A stretch of DNA of 64,000 nt from Nitrospirota bacterium (GCA_963845065.1 CAWJQQ010000008.1:128001-192000); one strand, 5' to 3'; shown: positions 41,424 through 52,403, counted from the stretch's first letter. The notes: generated by a model from the letters alone, not told the origin. Made by a program: numbers and translations.

Positions 41424-43385
41424 ATGCCAAAAAAATTTTATATAACGACACCGATCTATTACGTAAACGACATACCACACATCGGCCACGCCTATACCAC
41501 GATTGCAGCGGACACACTGGCTCGCTACCATCGTCTCAGGGGCGATTTGGTATTTTTCCTTACGGGCACCGACGAGCACGGCCAGAAGGTCGAAAAAGCG
41601 GCACTTGATCGCGGTTTGACGCCGAAGGCGCACGCGGACCTTATGACCGTAAACTTTAAGAATCTCTGGCATAAGCTAGAGATATCGAACGATGCTTTCA
41701 TTCGCACGACGGACAATGATCACATCGCCGTTGTTCAGGAGTTGCTGCAGAAACTCTTTGACAAGGGCGAGATCGAAAGACGGACCTACGAAGGATGGTA
41801 CTGCACGCCGGATGAACGGTTTTGGACAGCGAAGGAGATAGTCGAGGGAAAATGCCCGGACTGCGGCAGGCTTGTTGAGCGCATCACCGAGGACAACTAT
41901 TTTTTCCTCATGAGCAAGTATCAGGAGCGGCTCGTTGCCCATATCGAAGAGAACCCGCACTACATCAGGCCTGAGAGTCGGCGGAACGAGGTGCTAGGCT
42001 TTCTCAAAACGCAGCAACTTGGTGACCTTTGCATCTCACGGCCCAAGGCACGGCTCTCCTGGGGAATAGATCTGCCCTTTGACAGAGATTTTGTTACGTA
42101 CGTCTGGTTTGATGCGCTCGTGAACTACTATTCCGCCACACGTTACCTGAGCCCGTTGACCGAAGGTGCCAGCACGTCCGAAGAGCGGGAAAAAACATGG
42201 TGGCCTGCAGAACATCACCTCGTGGGTAAGGACATTCTGACTACGCACAGTGTATACTGGTCCACGATGCTTATGGCTCTTGATCTTCCGTTACCAGGCA
42301 ACATTTTCGCCCACGGCTGGTGGACGCGGGATGGGAAGAAGATGTCCAAATCTCTAGGAAACGTGATAGACCCAAACGAGATTGCCGATGCCTATGGAGT
42401 AGATTCATTCCGTTACTTCGTACTGCGGGAAGTGCCCTTTGGTCTCGACGGTGATTTCTCAATCGTGACGTTCACCACGCGATTTAATACTGAACTCGCG
42501 AATGATCTCGGGAATCTTCTATCGAGGGTCGTCACGATGATTAATAAGTATTTTGATGGGAAGGTCCCGCCAGCACGGATTGAACAACCCATCGATATCG
42601 AGCTGCGCGAAATGGCAGCGTCGATACCTTTGAAGATCGATGAGGACTTAGCGTCGCTAGCTTTTACGAAATACCTTCAGGACATTTGGAGCATTGTAAC
42701 GCGAGCGAATCGCTACGTGGAGGAGAATGCGCCCTGGACACTCGCGAAGAAGAACGACCTGGCTCGGCTCGGTAGCGTGCTTTACAACCTCTCAGAATCA
42801 CTCCGGTTGATTGGCCTCTACCTCTTCCCGGTCATGCCGTCGACGTCGCAGAAGATATGGAACGCTCTCGGGGTAAACAAGCAGGTGAGCGCATGTCGTA
42901 TGCACGATGAAAATCAGTGGGGGAAATTAGCAGTTGGGAACGTTATTCAGCCGGGCGCTCAATTATTTCCGCGGGTTGATCAAAAAAAAGCATCGGAGAA
43001 AAAGATGGACAAGACAGAAGAATCACAGAAACCCACATCGAAACCCGAAGTTGCCGGGCCCGAACTCATTGGGATAGAAGATTTTATGAAAGTCGACCTC
43101 CGCGTTGGTAAGATCGTATCAGCCGAACGTGTTGAGAAGTCCGAGAAACTTATTAAGCTCAAAGTTGACATTGGCACGGAAACGCGCCAGGTCGTTGCGG
43201 GCATCGGCAAAAGCTATACGCCTGACAATCTGCTGGGGAAGTCTATTGTAATCGTAGCAAACCTGAAACCGGCCAAGCTCATGGGTATCGAATCTCGGGG
43301 CATGCTTCTGGCCGCGAGTAATGGGGACGTACTTGCCGTGGCCACCTTTGATCGGGAAACAAAGCAGGGGAGCAGGATTAAATAA
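41424..43385 (+). CDS. metG: Methionyl-tRNA synthetase with C-terminal tRNA-binding domain
   Basis: HIGH, GTDEHG, YVWFDAL, KMSKS, C-terminal Trbp111-like OB fold. Confidence 0.98.
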   Translation: MPKKFYITTPIYYVNDIPHIGHAYTTIAADTLARYHRLRGDLVFFLTGTDEHGQKVEKAALDRGLTPKAHADLMTVNFKNLWHKLEISNDAFIRTTDNDHIAVVQELLQKLFDKGEIERRTYEGWYCTPDERFWTAKEIVEGKCPDCGRLVERITEDNYFFLMSKYQERLVAHIEENPHYIRPESRRNEVLGFLKTQQLGDLCISRPKARLSWGIDLPFDRDFVTYVWFDALVNYYSATRYLSPLTEGASTSEEREKTWWPAEHHLVGKDILTTHSVYWSTMLMALDLPLPGNIFAHGWWTRDGKKMSKSLGNVIDPNEIADAYGVDSFRYFVLREVPFGLDGDFSIVTFTTRFNTELANDLGNLLSRVVTMINKYFDGKVPPARIEQPIDIELREMAASIPLKIDEDLASLAFTKYLQDIWSIVTRANRYVEENAPWTLAKKNDLARLGSVLYNLSESLRLIGLYLFPVMPSTSQKIWNALGVNKQVSACRMHDENQWGKLAVGNVIQPGAQLFPRVDQKKASEKKMDKTEESQKPTSKPEVAGPELIGIEDFMKVDLRVGKIVSAERVEKSEKLIKLKVDIGTETRQVVAGIGKSYTPDNLLGKSIVIVANLKPAKLMGIESRGMLLAASNGDVLAVATFDRETKQGSRIK

Positions 43386-43521
43386 GCCTATAGCGAGATG
43401 AGGGATGATGGCGGCGCAGACTACATAATGCAACTCTAATTCTGAATCGTTCGTAGTACATTTAGCTTTTAGTCGTGTTAATCCTACCAATTTAGGTTTT
43501 TCTCAGAGGTATATTAACAAT

Positions 43522-44892
43522 ATGTTTATTGACAGTCACGCGCATTTAGAAATGCGCGAGTTCAATGATGACCGCGAGGATGTTATCAAACGGGCACGGG
43601 AAGCGGGAGTCGAATACATCATCACGGTAGGGACCACGATTGAATCGAGCCGAGACGCGGTGGTCCTGGCGGATAAGTATGACTTTATCTACGCAGCGAT
43701 CGGAATCCATCCTTATGAAGTGAAGGATATTCTTCACCCGGCCTACGATATCCTCAGGCACTTTGCACAGCATAAAAAGGTCGTGGCATACGGCGAGATC
43801 GGGCTTGACTATCACTACGAACATTCGCTGCGCTCGGACCAAAAGAGAAAATTTCGCGACATGCTGCGAGAAGCTAGGGAACTCGATCTGCCCGTCATTG
43901 TGCACGACCGCGACGCCCATGAAGATACTCTACAGATCATCTCGGAAGAATGGTCGCCGGACCTCGGAGGGGTTTTGCACTGCTTCTCCGGCGATGCAGC
44001 CATGGCAAAGAGTGCGGTCGAGATGGGATTCTCCATTTCCATAGCCGGACCAGTCACCTTCCCAAAAGCGGAATCATTGCGAGAAGCCGTCAAACAGATA
44101 CCGATCGAGCACCTATTGATAGAAACCGACGCTCCCTACCTTGCGCCGCAACCTGTCCGAGGCAAGCGGAACGAACCGGCCTTCGTTCGCCATACGGCAG
44201 AGGCGATTGCCGCCATCAAAGGGCTCTCTGTGGACGATGTTGCTCGGATCACCAGCTTTAATGCCATGCAGCTCTTCGGTATTGGAACGCTCCCCGAACG
44301 CGGTCAGATAGCCTATCCTATACGTAATTCCCTCTATCTCAATATTACGAACCGGTGCACGGCTGCCTGCGTGTTCTGCGTACGCTATCACACCGATTTT
44401 GTGAAGGGTCATAATCTCCGGCTTGGAGAAGAGCCTACCGCCGATGAGTTGATCACGGAAATTGGCGACCCGACGCGTTATGGGGAAATCGTGTTTTGCG
44501 GCTATGGTGAACCGCTGCTGCGACTTGATACTGTCAAGACCGTGGCCGCAAGAGTAAAACAGAAGGGCGGAAGAGTACGAGTCGACACGAACGGACATGG
44601 CAACCTAGTTCATAAGCGGAACATCTTGCCCGAGCTTGCCGGGCTTGTGGACTCTGTGAGCGTGAGTTTAAACGCCCACAATGCGGAAGCCTATTTTAAG
44701 ATCAGCCAACCGAAATTCGGCATCGAAACATACGAAGCGGTCAAAGAGTTCATCCGTGAAGCGAGGAAATACATTCCCGATGTAACGGCCACCGTTGTCT
44801 CAGCGCCGGAAGTCGATGTTGAAGCCTGTCGTACAATCGCTGAAAAACTTGGAGCACGGTTCCGTGTACGCGAGTACAATGTAGTAGGCTAG
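43522..44892 (+). CDS. TatD nuclease fused to radical SAM domain
   Basis: DSHAH, GEIGLDY, HCFSG, ETDAPY; then YLNITNRCTAACVFC (CxxxCxxC), FCGYGEP. Confidence 0.9.
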   Translation: MFIDSHAHLEMREFNDDREDVIKRAREAGVEYIITVGTTIESSRDAVVLADKYDFIYAAIGIHPYEVKDILHPAYDILRHFAQHKKVVAYGEIGLDYHYEHSLRSDQKRKFRDMLREARELDLPVIVHDRDAHEDTLQIISEEWSPDLGGVLHCFSGDAAMAKSAVEMGFSISIAGPVTFPKAESLREAVKQIPIEHLLIETDAPYLAPQPVRGKRNEPAFVRHTAEAIAAIKGLSVDDVARITSFNAMQLFGIGTLPERGQIAYPIRNSLYLNITNRCTAACVFCVRYHTDFVKGHNLRLGEEPTADELITEIGDPTRYGEIVFCGYGEPLLRLDTVKTVAARVKQKGGRVRVDTNGHGNLVHKRNILPELAGLVDSVSVSLNAHNAEAYFKISQPKFGIETYEAVKEFIREARKYIPDVTATVVSAPEVDVEACRTIAEKLGARFRVREYNVVG

Positions 44893-45328
44893 GTTTTTAC
44901 TACCTTCGTTAATGCCAGGCTAGCTATATAAACAACATGCTTCCTGTCAGAAAAATCGTATTTTAATACTACCTTCCAATCCAACGGTCTAGTAATGATC
45001 AACAATCAATTGAATAATAGATGATTATTATGAAACTGGGAGTATGGGCTAAACAACAGGAAATAAATGCACAAAACTATGGTTTCTGAAACTGATCATG
45101 TTTATCATGATTAAAGTTGTCATTCTATCTATTCGTTTCGTCATACTTTTGGCCATGAATGCACTGCCGTCTTCTTGTAGGAGATATTGAATTTTGCATC
45201 TACCAACCAATCCGATAAGTATTATAGTGGAAAATCAAACTCCGTGAAAATACTTGTTTTTTTACGGTCTATTGTTTATAATAATAGTTCTAGTTTAGAT
45301 AACGTTAACGGGACGTGGAGGTTTTGCT

Positions 45329-45622
45329 ATGCCGAATTACGAGTATGAATGCAGGAGCTGTGGCGGCCGTTTCGAGGTTATCCGGAAATTTAGTGATCCC
45401 GTGCTTAAGGTGTGCAAGCTATGTAATGCCGAAAACCTACGAAAGGTTCTTTCACCAACGTCATTTGTGCTGAAGGGAAACGGGTGGTATGCGACGGATT
45501 ATCCTTCTCAGGACCGCAAATCATCAGATGCTAGTGCTACAGAAAAACCAAAAGAAGAGGCAAAGCCGCTGGCTGGGTGCCCCGCAGGCAACTGTTCGGG
45601 CGCTTGCCCATCCAAAGGCTGA
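45329..45622 (+). CDS. FmdB-family zinc-ribbon protein
   Basis: MPNYEYEC..CG, C..C, LKGNGWYATDY. Confidence 0.9.
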   Translation: MPNYEYECRSCGGRFEVIRKFSDPVLKVCKLCNAENLRKVLSPTSFVLKGNGWYATDYPSQDRKSSDASATEKPKEEAKPLAGCPAGNCSGACPSKG

Positions 45623-45628
45623 GCTTTG

Positions 45629-46399
45629 ATGGAACCACTTCACGTCCATATCCCGTTTCCTGCACTGCAGGATTTCTTTGAAATGATTCGCCGCCGCCGC
45701 TATGATCTTGAGATCTATTTTTCATCGGCTGTGCTTGATCAGATCGAGAAGCCGGATTTGGAGAACTTGCTGGAACGGCTTGATTGGAATCCCGCGCTAT
45801 CTCTCCACGCGCCGTTTATGGACCTGAATCCTGGCGCGGTGGACCCTATGGTGCGGTCCGTCACACAGGTCCGTTTCCGTCAACTTCTGAATGTTGCTGC
45901 CATCCTCAAGCCGCGCTCCGTCGTGTTTCACGCTGCCTACGACAAATGGCGCTACAGCGGCAGAAAAGATATTTGGCTTGAAAACAGCATCGACGCTTGG
46001 CAGAAAGTCATGGAATCGGCATCGAAGATAGGCTTCCGCGTGGCTATCGAGAACGTATTCGACGACGACCCCGAAGCGCTCCGGATGCTGATCGAGAAGA
46101 TCGATAATCGGGACTTCGGGTTTTGCTTTGACACGGGTCACTTCAACCTCTTTTCCAGAGTTCCGCTAGAGCAATGGTTCATGGCCCTCGGTCGTCATCT
46201 CGTTGAAGTGCATTTGCACGATAACGACGGGAAGACCGACTCGCACAGTGCAATCGGCAGTGGGAACATAGATTTTAGGAAGTTTTTTGACTTGATGAAG
46301 ACTCATGCGGCCAAACCGGTTTTTACGATTGAAGCGCATGACAAAGACGGTATCGAAACAAGTTTGGAACACGTAAAGACGCTCATGAACTTGCAGTAA
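45629..46399 (+). CDS. Sugar-phosphate isomerase/epimerase (AP endonuclease 2 TIM barrel)
   Basis: HAPF.DLN, AIEN, FDTGH, HLHDN.G..D.H. Confidence 0.85.
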   Translation: MEPLHVHIPFPALQDFFEMIRRRRYDLEIYFSSAVLDQIEKPDLENLLERLDWNPALSLHAPFMDLNPGAVDPMVRSVTQVRFRQLLNVAAILKPRSVVFHAAYDKWRYSGRKDIWLENSIDAWQKVMESASKIGFRVAIENVFDDDPEALRMLIEKIDNRDFGFCFDTGHFNLFSRVPLEQWFMALGRHLVEVHLHDNDGKTDSHSAIGSGNIDFRKFFDLMKTHAAKPVFTIEAHDKDGIETSLEHVKTLMNLQ

Positions 46400-46540
46400 C
46401 AATACATTGCCGTGAGAGGGTTTTCTCCGTTGGTGCACGTTTTTTTATCACCATGTCTTAAGCGCGCGGGGAAACTGCATACTCTCTGCTGAGGGATGTT
46501 TACCTTGACACTCATTAACCGTTCGCTTAGACTAGTACTT

Positions 46541-48292
46541 ATGAATAAATTTGCGCTTATCTCACTGTTTCTCATGGTATCAACAGGCTGCGCAACCCTG
46601 CCAGCCAGTATGCAGCAAGTAACAACAGGAACCATCAGTCCCGATGTTCAGACTAAGGCAGACGCCGATTACCACTTCATGGTTGGCAGCCTCCGCGAGC
46701 AGGATGGCGATTTTGATGCAGCGCTAAAAGAATATGAGCAGGCGTACCGCCTCAACCCGAGTGATGCGGAGATTGCCCTGTCGCTAGCAGCACTTTCGTT
46801 GAGCAGGGGGCAACTGGACCAAGCTACGTTATATGCAAAGAAAGCCGTCGAACTTCAGCCTGACAAGACTCAGACGCTTATGTTGCTTGCCGGTATATAT
46901 ACGGGGGCAAAGAAGTATGATGATGCGATTAGTGCATACCGACGTATAATCGCAATTGATCCCAAGCTGGAGGATGCGTACATCTATCTCGGGTCGCTCC
47001 TGGCCTCTCTGAAACGGTATGATGAAGCGGTCGAGACGCTCCGATCCCTTGAGAAGGTCAATCCCACTACGCTCATGTCTCCTTATTACCTCGGTAGGAT
47101 ATACATGGAGCGTCATATGTATCCTGAGGCTCTAGAAGAATTCAACCAGGCGATATCTCTCCGGGACGACTTTGAGCCCGCCTACACTAGCATAGGGTTC
47201 GTCTATGAACTAATGGGCAAGATGCCCGAGGCTATCGAGGCATACAAGAAGTCCGTGGCCCTTAATCCTAATAACGTAGAAATCATGCAGCATCTCGGCC
47301 AGCTATTTATCCAGCAGAACGCGCTGGCTGATGCATTAGAACAGTTCGAGCGGATTGTTGCCCTTGATCCGAACAATTATGACGCCTATATCAAAATCGG
47401 GCTCATTCGTTCCGAGCAAAAGAATTATGAGCAGGCTGTTATTGCATTCAGGAAAGTTGCGAAGGCGGTGCCAAGCGATCTCAAAGTAAAGCGGTACCTG
47501 GCCTCGACCCTTGTTGCTTCGGCTCACTACGAGGAGGCACTCAAGGAATATCAGTCCCTCCTTGCAGCCGCGCCTGACGATCTCGATACAATTCTTCAAA
47601 TTTCTTACCTCTACGCACAGACAGGCAAGACAGCGGAGGCGATCCCGCTCCTGGAAAAAGCGCTGGCGGAACAACCCGGGAAACCTGAACTCTACCTCTA
47701 TCTTGCCAATGCCTACATGGATGGAGAAAAATACCAGAAAGCTGTCGATATCCTGCGACAGGGACTCCGCATGGCCCCAGACCGTGATGATCTGCTGTTC
47801 AGCCTTGCGGTGGCATACGAAAAACTCGGGAAGCGAGACGAAATGATCGCGTCGCTCAAGAGAACGATCGAACTGAAGCCCGACAATGCTGATGCGCTCA
47901 ATTATCTTGGGTATGTCTATGCCGAAAAAGGAGAGCACCTCGACGAAGCCATTCAGTTAATCAAACAGGCGCTCCTGATCAAACCTGATAATGGATATAT
48001 CCTTGACAGTCTTGCCTGGGCGTATTATCAAAAGGGTATGTTGAAAGAGGCGTTCGAAGTTATGCAAAAGGCAATGGTGAAGACCGCGACAGACGATCCC
48101 GTGATGCACGAACACTATGGCGATATTTTCCTGAAATTATCGGATAAAGACAAGGCTAGAGAACAGTGGCTCAAGTCCTTGGAGTTGGATCCCACAAACC
48201 AGAAGCTACGCGAGAGGTTTAAAGCGGCCGGGTTCGGGAATCCCGACGATTTGCTGAAAGATGTAAAGCCGGGGAAGAAAGACAATAAGTGA
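46541..48292 (+). CDS. TPR-repeat lipoprotein
   Basis: Lipobox-like VSTGC, many TPRs, ALNYLGY...DSLAW. Confidence 0.88.
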   Translation: MNKFALISLFLMVSTGCATLPASMQQVTTGTISPDVQTKADADYHFMVGSLREQDGDFDAALKEYEQAYRLNPSDAEIALSLAALSLSRGQLDQATLYAKKAVELQPDKTQTLMLLAGIYTGAKKYDDAISAYRRIIAIDPKLEDAYIYLGSLLASLKRYDEAVETLRSLEKVNPTTLMSPYYLGRIYMERHMYPEALEEFNQAISLRDDFEPAYTSIGFVYELMGKMPEAIEAYKKSVALNPNNVEIMQHLGQLFIQQNALADALEQFERIVALDPNNYDAYIKIGLIRSEQKNYEQAVIAFRKVAKAVPSDLKVKRYLASTLVASAHYEEALKEYQSLLAAAPDDLDTILQISYLYAQTGKTAEAIPLLEKALAEQPGKPELYLYLANAYMDGEKYQKAVDILRQGLRMAPDRDDLLFSLAVAYEKLGKRDEMIASLKRTIELKPDNADALNYLGYVYAEKGEHLDEAIQLIKQALLIKPDNGYILDSLAWAYYQKGMLKEAFEVMQKAMVKTATDDPVMHEHYGDIFLKLSDKDKAREQWLKSLELDPTNQKLRERFKAAGFGNPDDLLKDVKPGKKDNK

Positions 48293-49047
48293 AAATCTCC
48301 AGGTTTATCATCCTCGTAACCATACTTCTCCTTTGCTCCTGCCTTCCCAAAAAACCGGAAACTCCCCTTACATCTATGCCTGCGGGACCTCTGCTCGAGG
48401 TCCTAGAACGCCATCAGCAGTCATTCGCAAGCCTCAAATCCGTGGCGAGGCTTGAAATTATCAAACGAGGTCACAAACGGGCGCTAGATTCTGTTGGTAT
48501 TGTCATAGATGGAGATACACGGCTTAGGATGGAGGCCTACGGTCCTCTTGGGCAATCACTGATGGCGCTTGTCTGGGATGGACGAGACATTCTCCTTCGC
48601 ATGCCAGGGGAAGAAAAAGTTACGCGGTCAGGGCCTGCAGGCTTGGATAAACTTTTCGGGAAAGGCTTGGAGCCATCTGAACTCTGTGCTGTGCTTTCCG
48701 GGAACATTCCCGGGATAGCCTCGCCGCCTTCTGCCTTGCTGCTGTGTGGACAGCAAAATGATTGCACTTTGGAATTGCGCTACGACGACGTTATTCGCCG
48801 CGTTTTTCTAAATATTTCTTCGACTGGTTCGAATCAGGAACCCCGTGTTCTTTCCCAGGAACTGTATCGGGCAGGCAAGCTTGTGTATGAGGTCAAGTAC
48901 GAGCGAACCCAGGAAATATCACATTATCGACTTCCGCTCGACATCGTAGTGGAGATCCCGGATAAGAACCTACAACTGACAGTGCACTATTCCGATGTGG
49001 AAGTGAATACACCGTTGAGCGCGGAATCGTTTATACTTACCGATTAA
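48289..49047 (+). CDS. Lipoprotein, LolB-like
   Basis: Lipobox-like LLCSC; R.EAYGPLGQ; position between TPR gene and ispE matches lolB loci. Confidence 0.6.
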   Translation: MKISRFIILVTILLLCSCLPKKPETPLTSMPAGPLLEVLERHQQSFASLKSVARLEIIKRGHKRALDSVGIVIDGDTRLRMEAYGPLGQSLMALVWDGRDILLRMPGEEKVTRSGPAGLDKLFGKGLEPSELCAVLSGNIPGIASPPSALLLCGQQNDCTLELRYDDVIRRVFLNISSTGSNQEPRVLSQELYRAGKLVYEVKYERTQEISHYRLPLDIVVEIPDKNLQLTVHYSDVEVNTPLSAESFILTD

Positions 49048-49177
49048 GGCGACACGAAAGATCATAACCACCGTTAGCAAAGAACGTCTTTGTGAAGAAA
49101 GCTGCGAAGTTTTTTTCGAAGAGCGGGTGACTATTTGTGCTCAGAAGAGGGATAATATATAAAGAGAAAGGAGTGAT

Positions 49178-50041
49178 ATGAATTTGATCACACTTCGGTC
49201 TCCGGCGAAAATAAACCTTTGTCTTTCTGTGCTCGGGAAACGAGCCGATGGATACCATGAGGTTGAAATGCTGATGCAGATGGTGGGCCTCTACGACGAG
49301 ATCACAGTTACGCACGCAGGATCGGGCATCAGCGTACACTGCGATGGTGACGTGGCACCGTCTGGGGAAAAAAATACAGCCTGGAAAGCCGCTAAGGAGT
49401 TGCTAAAGGCCGCTGGCAGGAAAGAAGGGTTATCTATCTGCATAAAAAAGAACATTCCCGTTGCGGCAGGCCTTGCAGGAGGGAGTGGTAATGCTGCTGC
49501 TGTTCTTGTGGCTACAAACAGGCTGCTCGGAACGAGTTGCAACCGGGATGACTTGGCGGAAATTGGGTCGAAAGTAGGAATGGATGTTCCATTTTTTTTC
49601 TTCGGCCCTACAGCATTTGCACGGGGAAGAGGGGAATGCGTAACTCCTTTGCCTGCTGTTTCGAAATTCTGGGTTCTGCTGGTCAATCCGGGATTTGAAA
49701 CGTCAACAGCGTGGGTATACAATAACTTAAATTTGAGGTTGACAAAGAAAGTTGACTGTACTAAAATTGCAAGGCTTACGGTCCAAAATATCGCCGAAAG
49801 GCTTCATAATGACTTGGAGTCAGTGACTGCAACCGCTCATCCGGTAATCGGCACGATCAAAGAAGCCTTAGTGGCCCAGGGAGCTCTCGGTGTTCGCATG
49901 AGCGGAAGCGGGCCGACGGTTTTCGGTATTTTTAAGACAGAAACTCTATGCCAGGCTGCCGCACATAATCTCTCCGAAAGCGGGTGGCGTCTATACCCAA
50001 CGGAGACATTGACCGAATCGCCGTTTGCGGAGTATCTCTAG
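49178..50041 (+). CDS. ispE: 4-diphosphocytidyl-2-C-methyl-D-erythritol kinase
   Basis: PAKINL, DGYHE, KNIPVAAGLAGGS, GMDVPFF, MSGSGPT. Confidence 0.96.
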   Translation: MNLITLRSPAKINLCLSVLGKRADGYHEVEMLMQMVGLYDEITVTHAGSGISVHCDGDVAPSGEKNTAWKAAKELLKAAGRKEGLSICIKKNIPVAAGLAGGSGNAAAVLVATNRLLGTSCNRDDLAEIGSKVGMDVPFFFFGPTAFARGRGECVTPLPAVSKFWVLLVNPGFETSTAWVYNNLNLRLTKKVDCTKIARLTVQNIAERLHNDLESVTATAHPVIGTIKEALVAQGALGVRMSGSGPTVFGIFKTETLCQAAAHNLSESGWRLYPTETLTESPFAEYL

Positions 50042-50117
50042 GAAAGAGGACACCGTCGGTCTGATGGTGTGCACCTCCGATCAGATATCCATCTGTCAAC
50101 CATGAGGGGGGTAGCAT

Positions 50118-50417
50118 ATGGAAATTACAGAGGTGAGGGTATTTCCGGTCAATAATGAAGAGCGACTCAAGGCTTATGCAACTATAACAATAGATAATGT
50201 GTTCTTAATTCGGGACCTGCGCGTAATTAATGGGAATGCAGGGCTATTCGTGGCAATGCCGAGCCGCAAGATGAAAGACGGGACGTTCAAGGATATAGCG
50301 CATCCGCTGAACAGCGAGACAAGGCAGATGATCGAAAAGAAAGTCCTCGCCGAATACGAACGAGAATTGGCGAATCCCACCAAAAGAGAACAGACCCCGA
50401 AAGATTCAGCAGCATAG
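50118..50417 (+). CDS. spoVG: SpoVG family nucleic-acid-binding protein
   Basis: MEITEVRV, LKAYATIT.D, GLFVAMPSRK, FKDIAHP. Confidence 0.95.
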   Translation: MEITEVRVFPVNNEERLKAYATITIDNVFLIRDLRVINGNAGLFVAMPSRKMKDGTFKDIAHPLNSETRQMIEKKVLAEYERELANPTKREQTPKDSAA

Positions 50418-50460
50418 TAGTATCGCTGGTTTGAGTATTGCCGATTCTGCGTCTTACGCA

Positions 50461-50487
50461 AAGGGATAGGCACCCGCCTATCCTTTT
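50461..50487 (+). terminator. Terminator-like hairpin after spoVG
   Basis: aagggataggc / gcctatccttt with T tail. Confidence 0.6.
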
Positions 50488-50534
50488 GATATTTATTCGT
50501 TTGATCGTCGGAACATGATTTCAGCTGCCGCCAT

Positions 50535-50608
50535 TCGGGGATCGTCTAATGGTAGGACAGAGGCCTTTGAAGCCTTTAATCGGGGTTCGACTCCCTGTCC
50601 CCGAACCA
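50535..50608 (+). tRNA. tRNA-Gln(UUG)
   Basis: Acceptor TCGGGGA/TCCCCGA, anticodon loop CT-TTG-AA, GGTTCGACTCC T-arm, encoded CCA. Confidence 0.96.
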
Positions 50609-50630
50609 TAATACTCGAGATGAGGTTTTC

Positions 50631-51584
50631 ATGGTGAAACTGAGAGGTCAAGAGATAAAAGTTTTTAGCGGCAACGCCAATACTGCGTTGGCGAAGGAGA
50701 TTTGCCGGCAGATGAACCTCCCGCTGGGAAACGCCGTGGTCGGTCAGTTCAGCGACGGTGAAATCAATGTCCAGATCGTGGACAATGTCCGCGGCATGGA
50801 CGTGTTTATTGTGCAGCCGACATCGAGTCCGGTGAACAGGCATCTCATGGAACTCCTGATTATGATCGATGCGCTTAAGAGGGCTTCGGCAGCTAGGATT
50901 ACCGCAGTGCTGCCATACTATGGGTACAGCAGACAGGACCGCAAGGTGCAGCCTCGTGTTCCAATTACGTCGAAGCTTGTGGCTGACTTGATCACCGCAG
51001 CCGGAGCGAACCGAGTGCTGACCATGGATCTGCACGCCGGACAGATTCAGGGTTTCTTCAACATCCCCGTGGACAATCTGTTCGCCGCGCCGGTGCTCTT
51101 GGATTATATCCGGTCAAAAAAATTCACAAATCTCACGGTAGTGTCACCTGACGCCGGTGGAGTGGAAAGGGCCAGGGCATTTGCCAAGCGACTGAATGCC
51201 ACGCTCGCCATTATTGACAAGCGGCGGGATAAGCCGAACGAAGCCCAGGTAATGCACATCATCGGCGACGTTAAGGGTCATGACTGTTTGTTACTCGATG
51301 ACATGGTGGATACGGCAGGAACACTGACTGAAGGCGTATCAGCGCTGAAGGCAAATGGGGCTGGTATTATTAGTGCGGCATGTTCCCATGCCATACTCTC
51401 TGGCCCGGCGATCAAGCGTATAAATGATTCAGCACTTGACGAACTTATTACTACGAACACAATTTCTCTGGACTGCAAACAGCAGGAATGTAAAAAACTG
51501 ATTGTACTATCCGTTGCATTGATTTTTTCGGAAGCGATTACACGTATCCACGAAGAAACCTCGCTTAGTTCATTGTTTGTGTGA
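50631..51584 (+). CDS. prs: Ribose-phosphate pyrophosphokinase
   Basis: FSDGEI, PYYGYSRQDR, DLHAGQIQGFF, SPDAGG, DDMVDTAGT. Confidence 0.98.
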   Translation: MVKLRGQEIKVFSGNANTALAKEICRQMNLPLGNAVVGQFSDGEINVQIVDNVRGMDVFIVQPTSSPVNRHLMELLIMIDALKRASAARITAVLPYYGYSRQDRKVQPRVPITSKLVADLITAAGANRVLTMDLHAGQIQGFFNIPVDNLFAAPVLLDYIRSKKFTNLTVVSPDAGGVERARAFAKRLNATLAIIDKRRDKPNEAQVMHIIGDVKGHDCLLLDDMVDTAGTLTEGVSALKANGAGIISAACSHAILSGPAIKRINDSALDELITTNTISLDCKQQECKKLIVLSVALIFSEAITRIHEETSLSSLFV

Positions 51585-51653
51585 TGCAATTCAACAGTTT
51601 AAACCGTTTAAACTGATCAAGCCGTTTAAACGGCGTTTACGTATGGAGGAGAA

Positions 51654-52403
51654 ATGGAAAAAATAGCATTAACAGCACAGGTCAGGGAAAAGGCGGGCAA
51701 AGGAGTTGCGAGGGGTCTGAGGCGGAACCAGATGGTACCGGCAGTACTCTACAGCCATGGCAAGTCCATGCCCATCTCGATGGGGAACAGGGATGTGACG
51801 AAAATCCTTAATAGCGAGGGTGGCGAGCATGCGCTCATCAACCTGAAGGTCGAGGGCGGCAAAGGAGGGGTGGAAAAACTGGCGTTGATTAAGGACTACC
51901 AGATAGATCCGCGGAACGGCGAACTCATTCATGTCGATCTTATGGAAATCGCGATGAACGAGAAAGTGAAAATATCGGTAGCCGTGCACCTTGCCGGTTC
52001 GTCCATCGGCGTGAAGGAGGGCGGTATCCTTCAGCACAGTTTGCGCGAACTTGAGATCGAGTGTTTACCGACCCAGATACCGGAGCACTTGGAGATCAAT
52101 GTCTCCGCACTCAAGATCAACGAGTCGCTCCACGTGAGGGACATTAAGGTGGCTGAGGGTGTCAAGATAATTACCGAGGGTGACGCAACGATTGTGACCA
52201 TTCAGCCCCCGATCTCAGATGCAAAGCTGGAGGCAATGTTGACTGCTGCACCGGTTGTCGCAACTGAGGCAGGTGAGCCAGAACTCGTCAAGAAGCCCAA
52301 GAAAGAAGGCGAAGTGGCGGCAGCTGCTCCGGCTGCCGAGGTCAAGGGCAAGGAAGCAGCGCCGAAAGAGGCTCCCAAGAAAGAAGCCGCTCCAAAGAAG
52401 TAA
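51654..52403 (+). CDS. rplY: 50S ribosomal protein L25/Ctc
   Basis: GKGVARGLRR..VPAVLY, HVD, GVKEGG, Ctc-type C-terminal extension. Confidence 0.95.
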   Translation: MEKIALTAQVREKAGKGVARGLRRNQMVPAVLYSHGKSMPISMGNRDVTKILNSEGGEHALINLKVEGGKGGVEKLALIKDYQIDPRNGELIHVDLMEIAMNEKVKISVAVHLAGSSIGVKEGGILQHSLRELEIECLPTQIPEHLEINVSALKINESLHVRDIKVAEGVKIITEGDATIVTIQPPISDAKLEAMLTAAPVVATEAGEPELVKKPKKEGEVAAAAPAAEVKGKEAAPKEAPKKEAAPKK

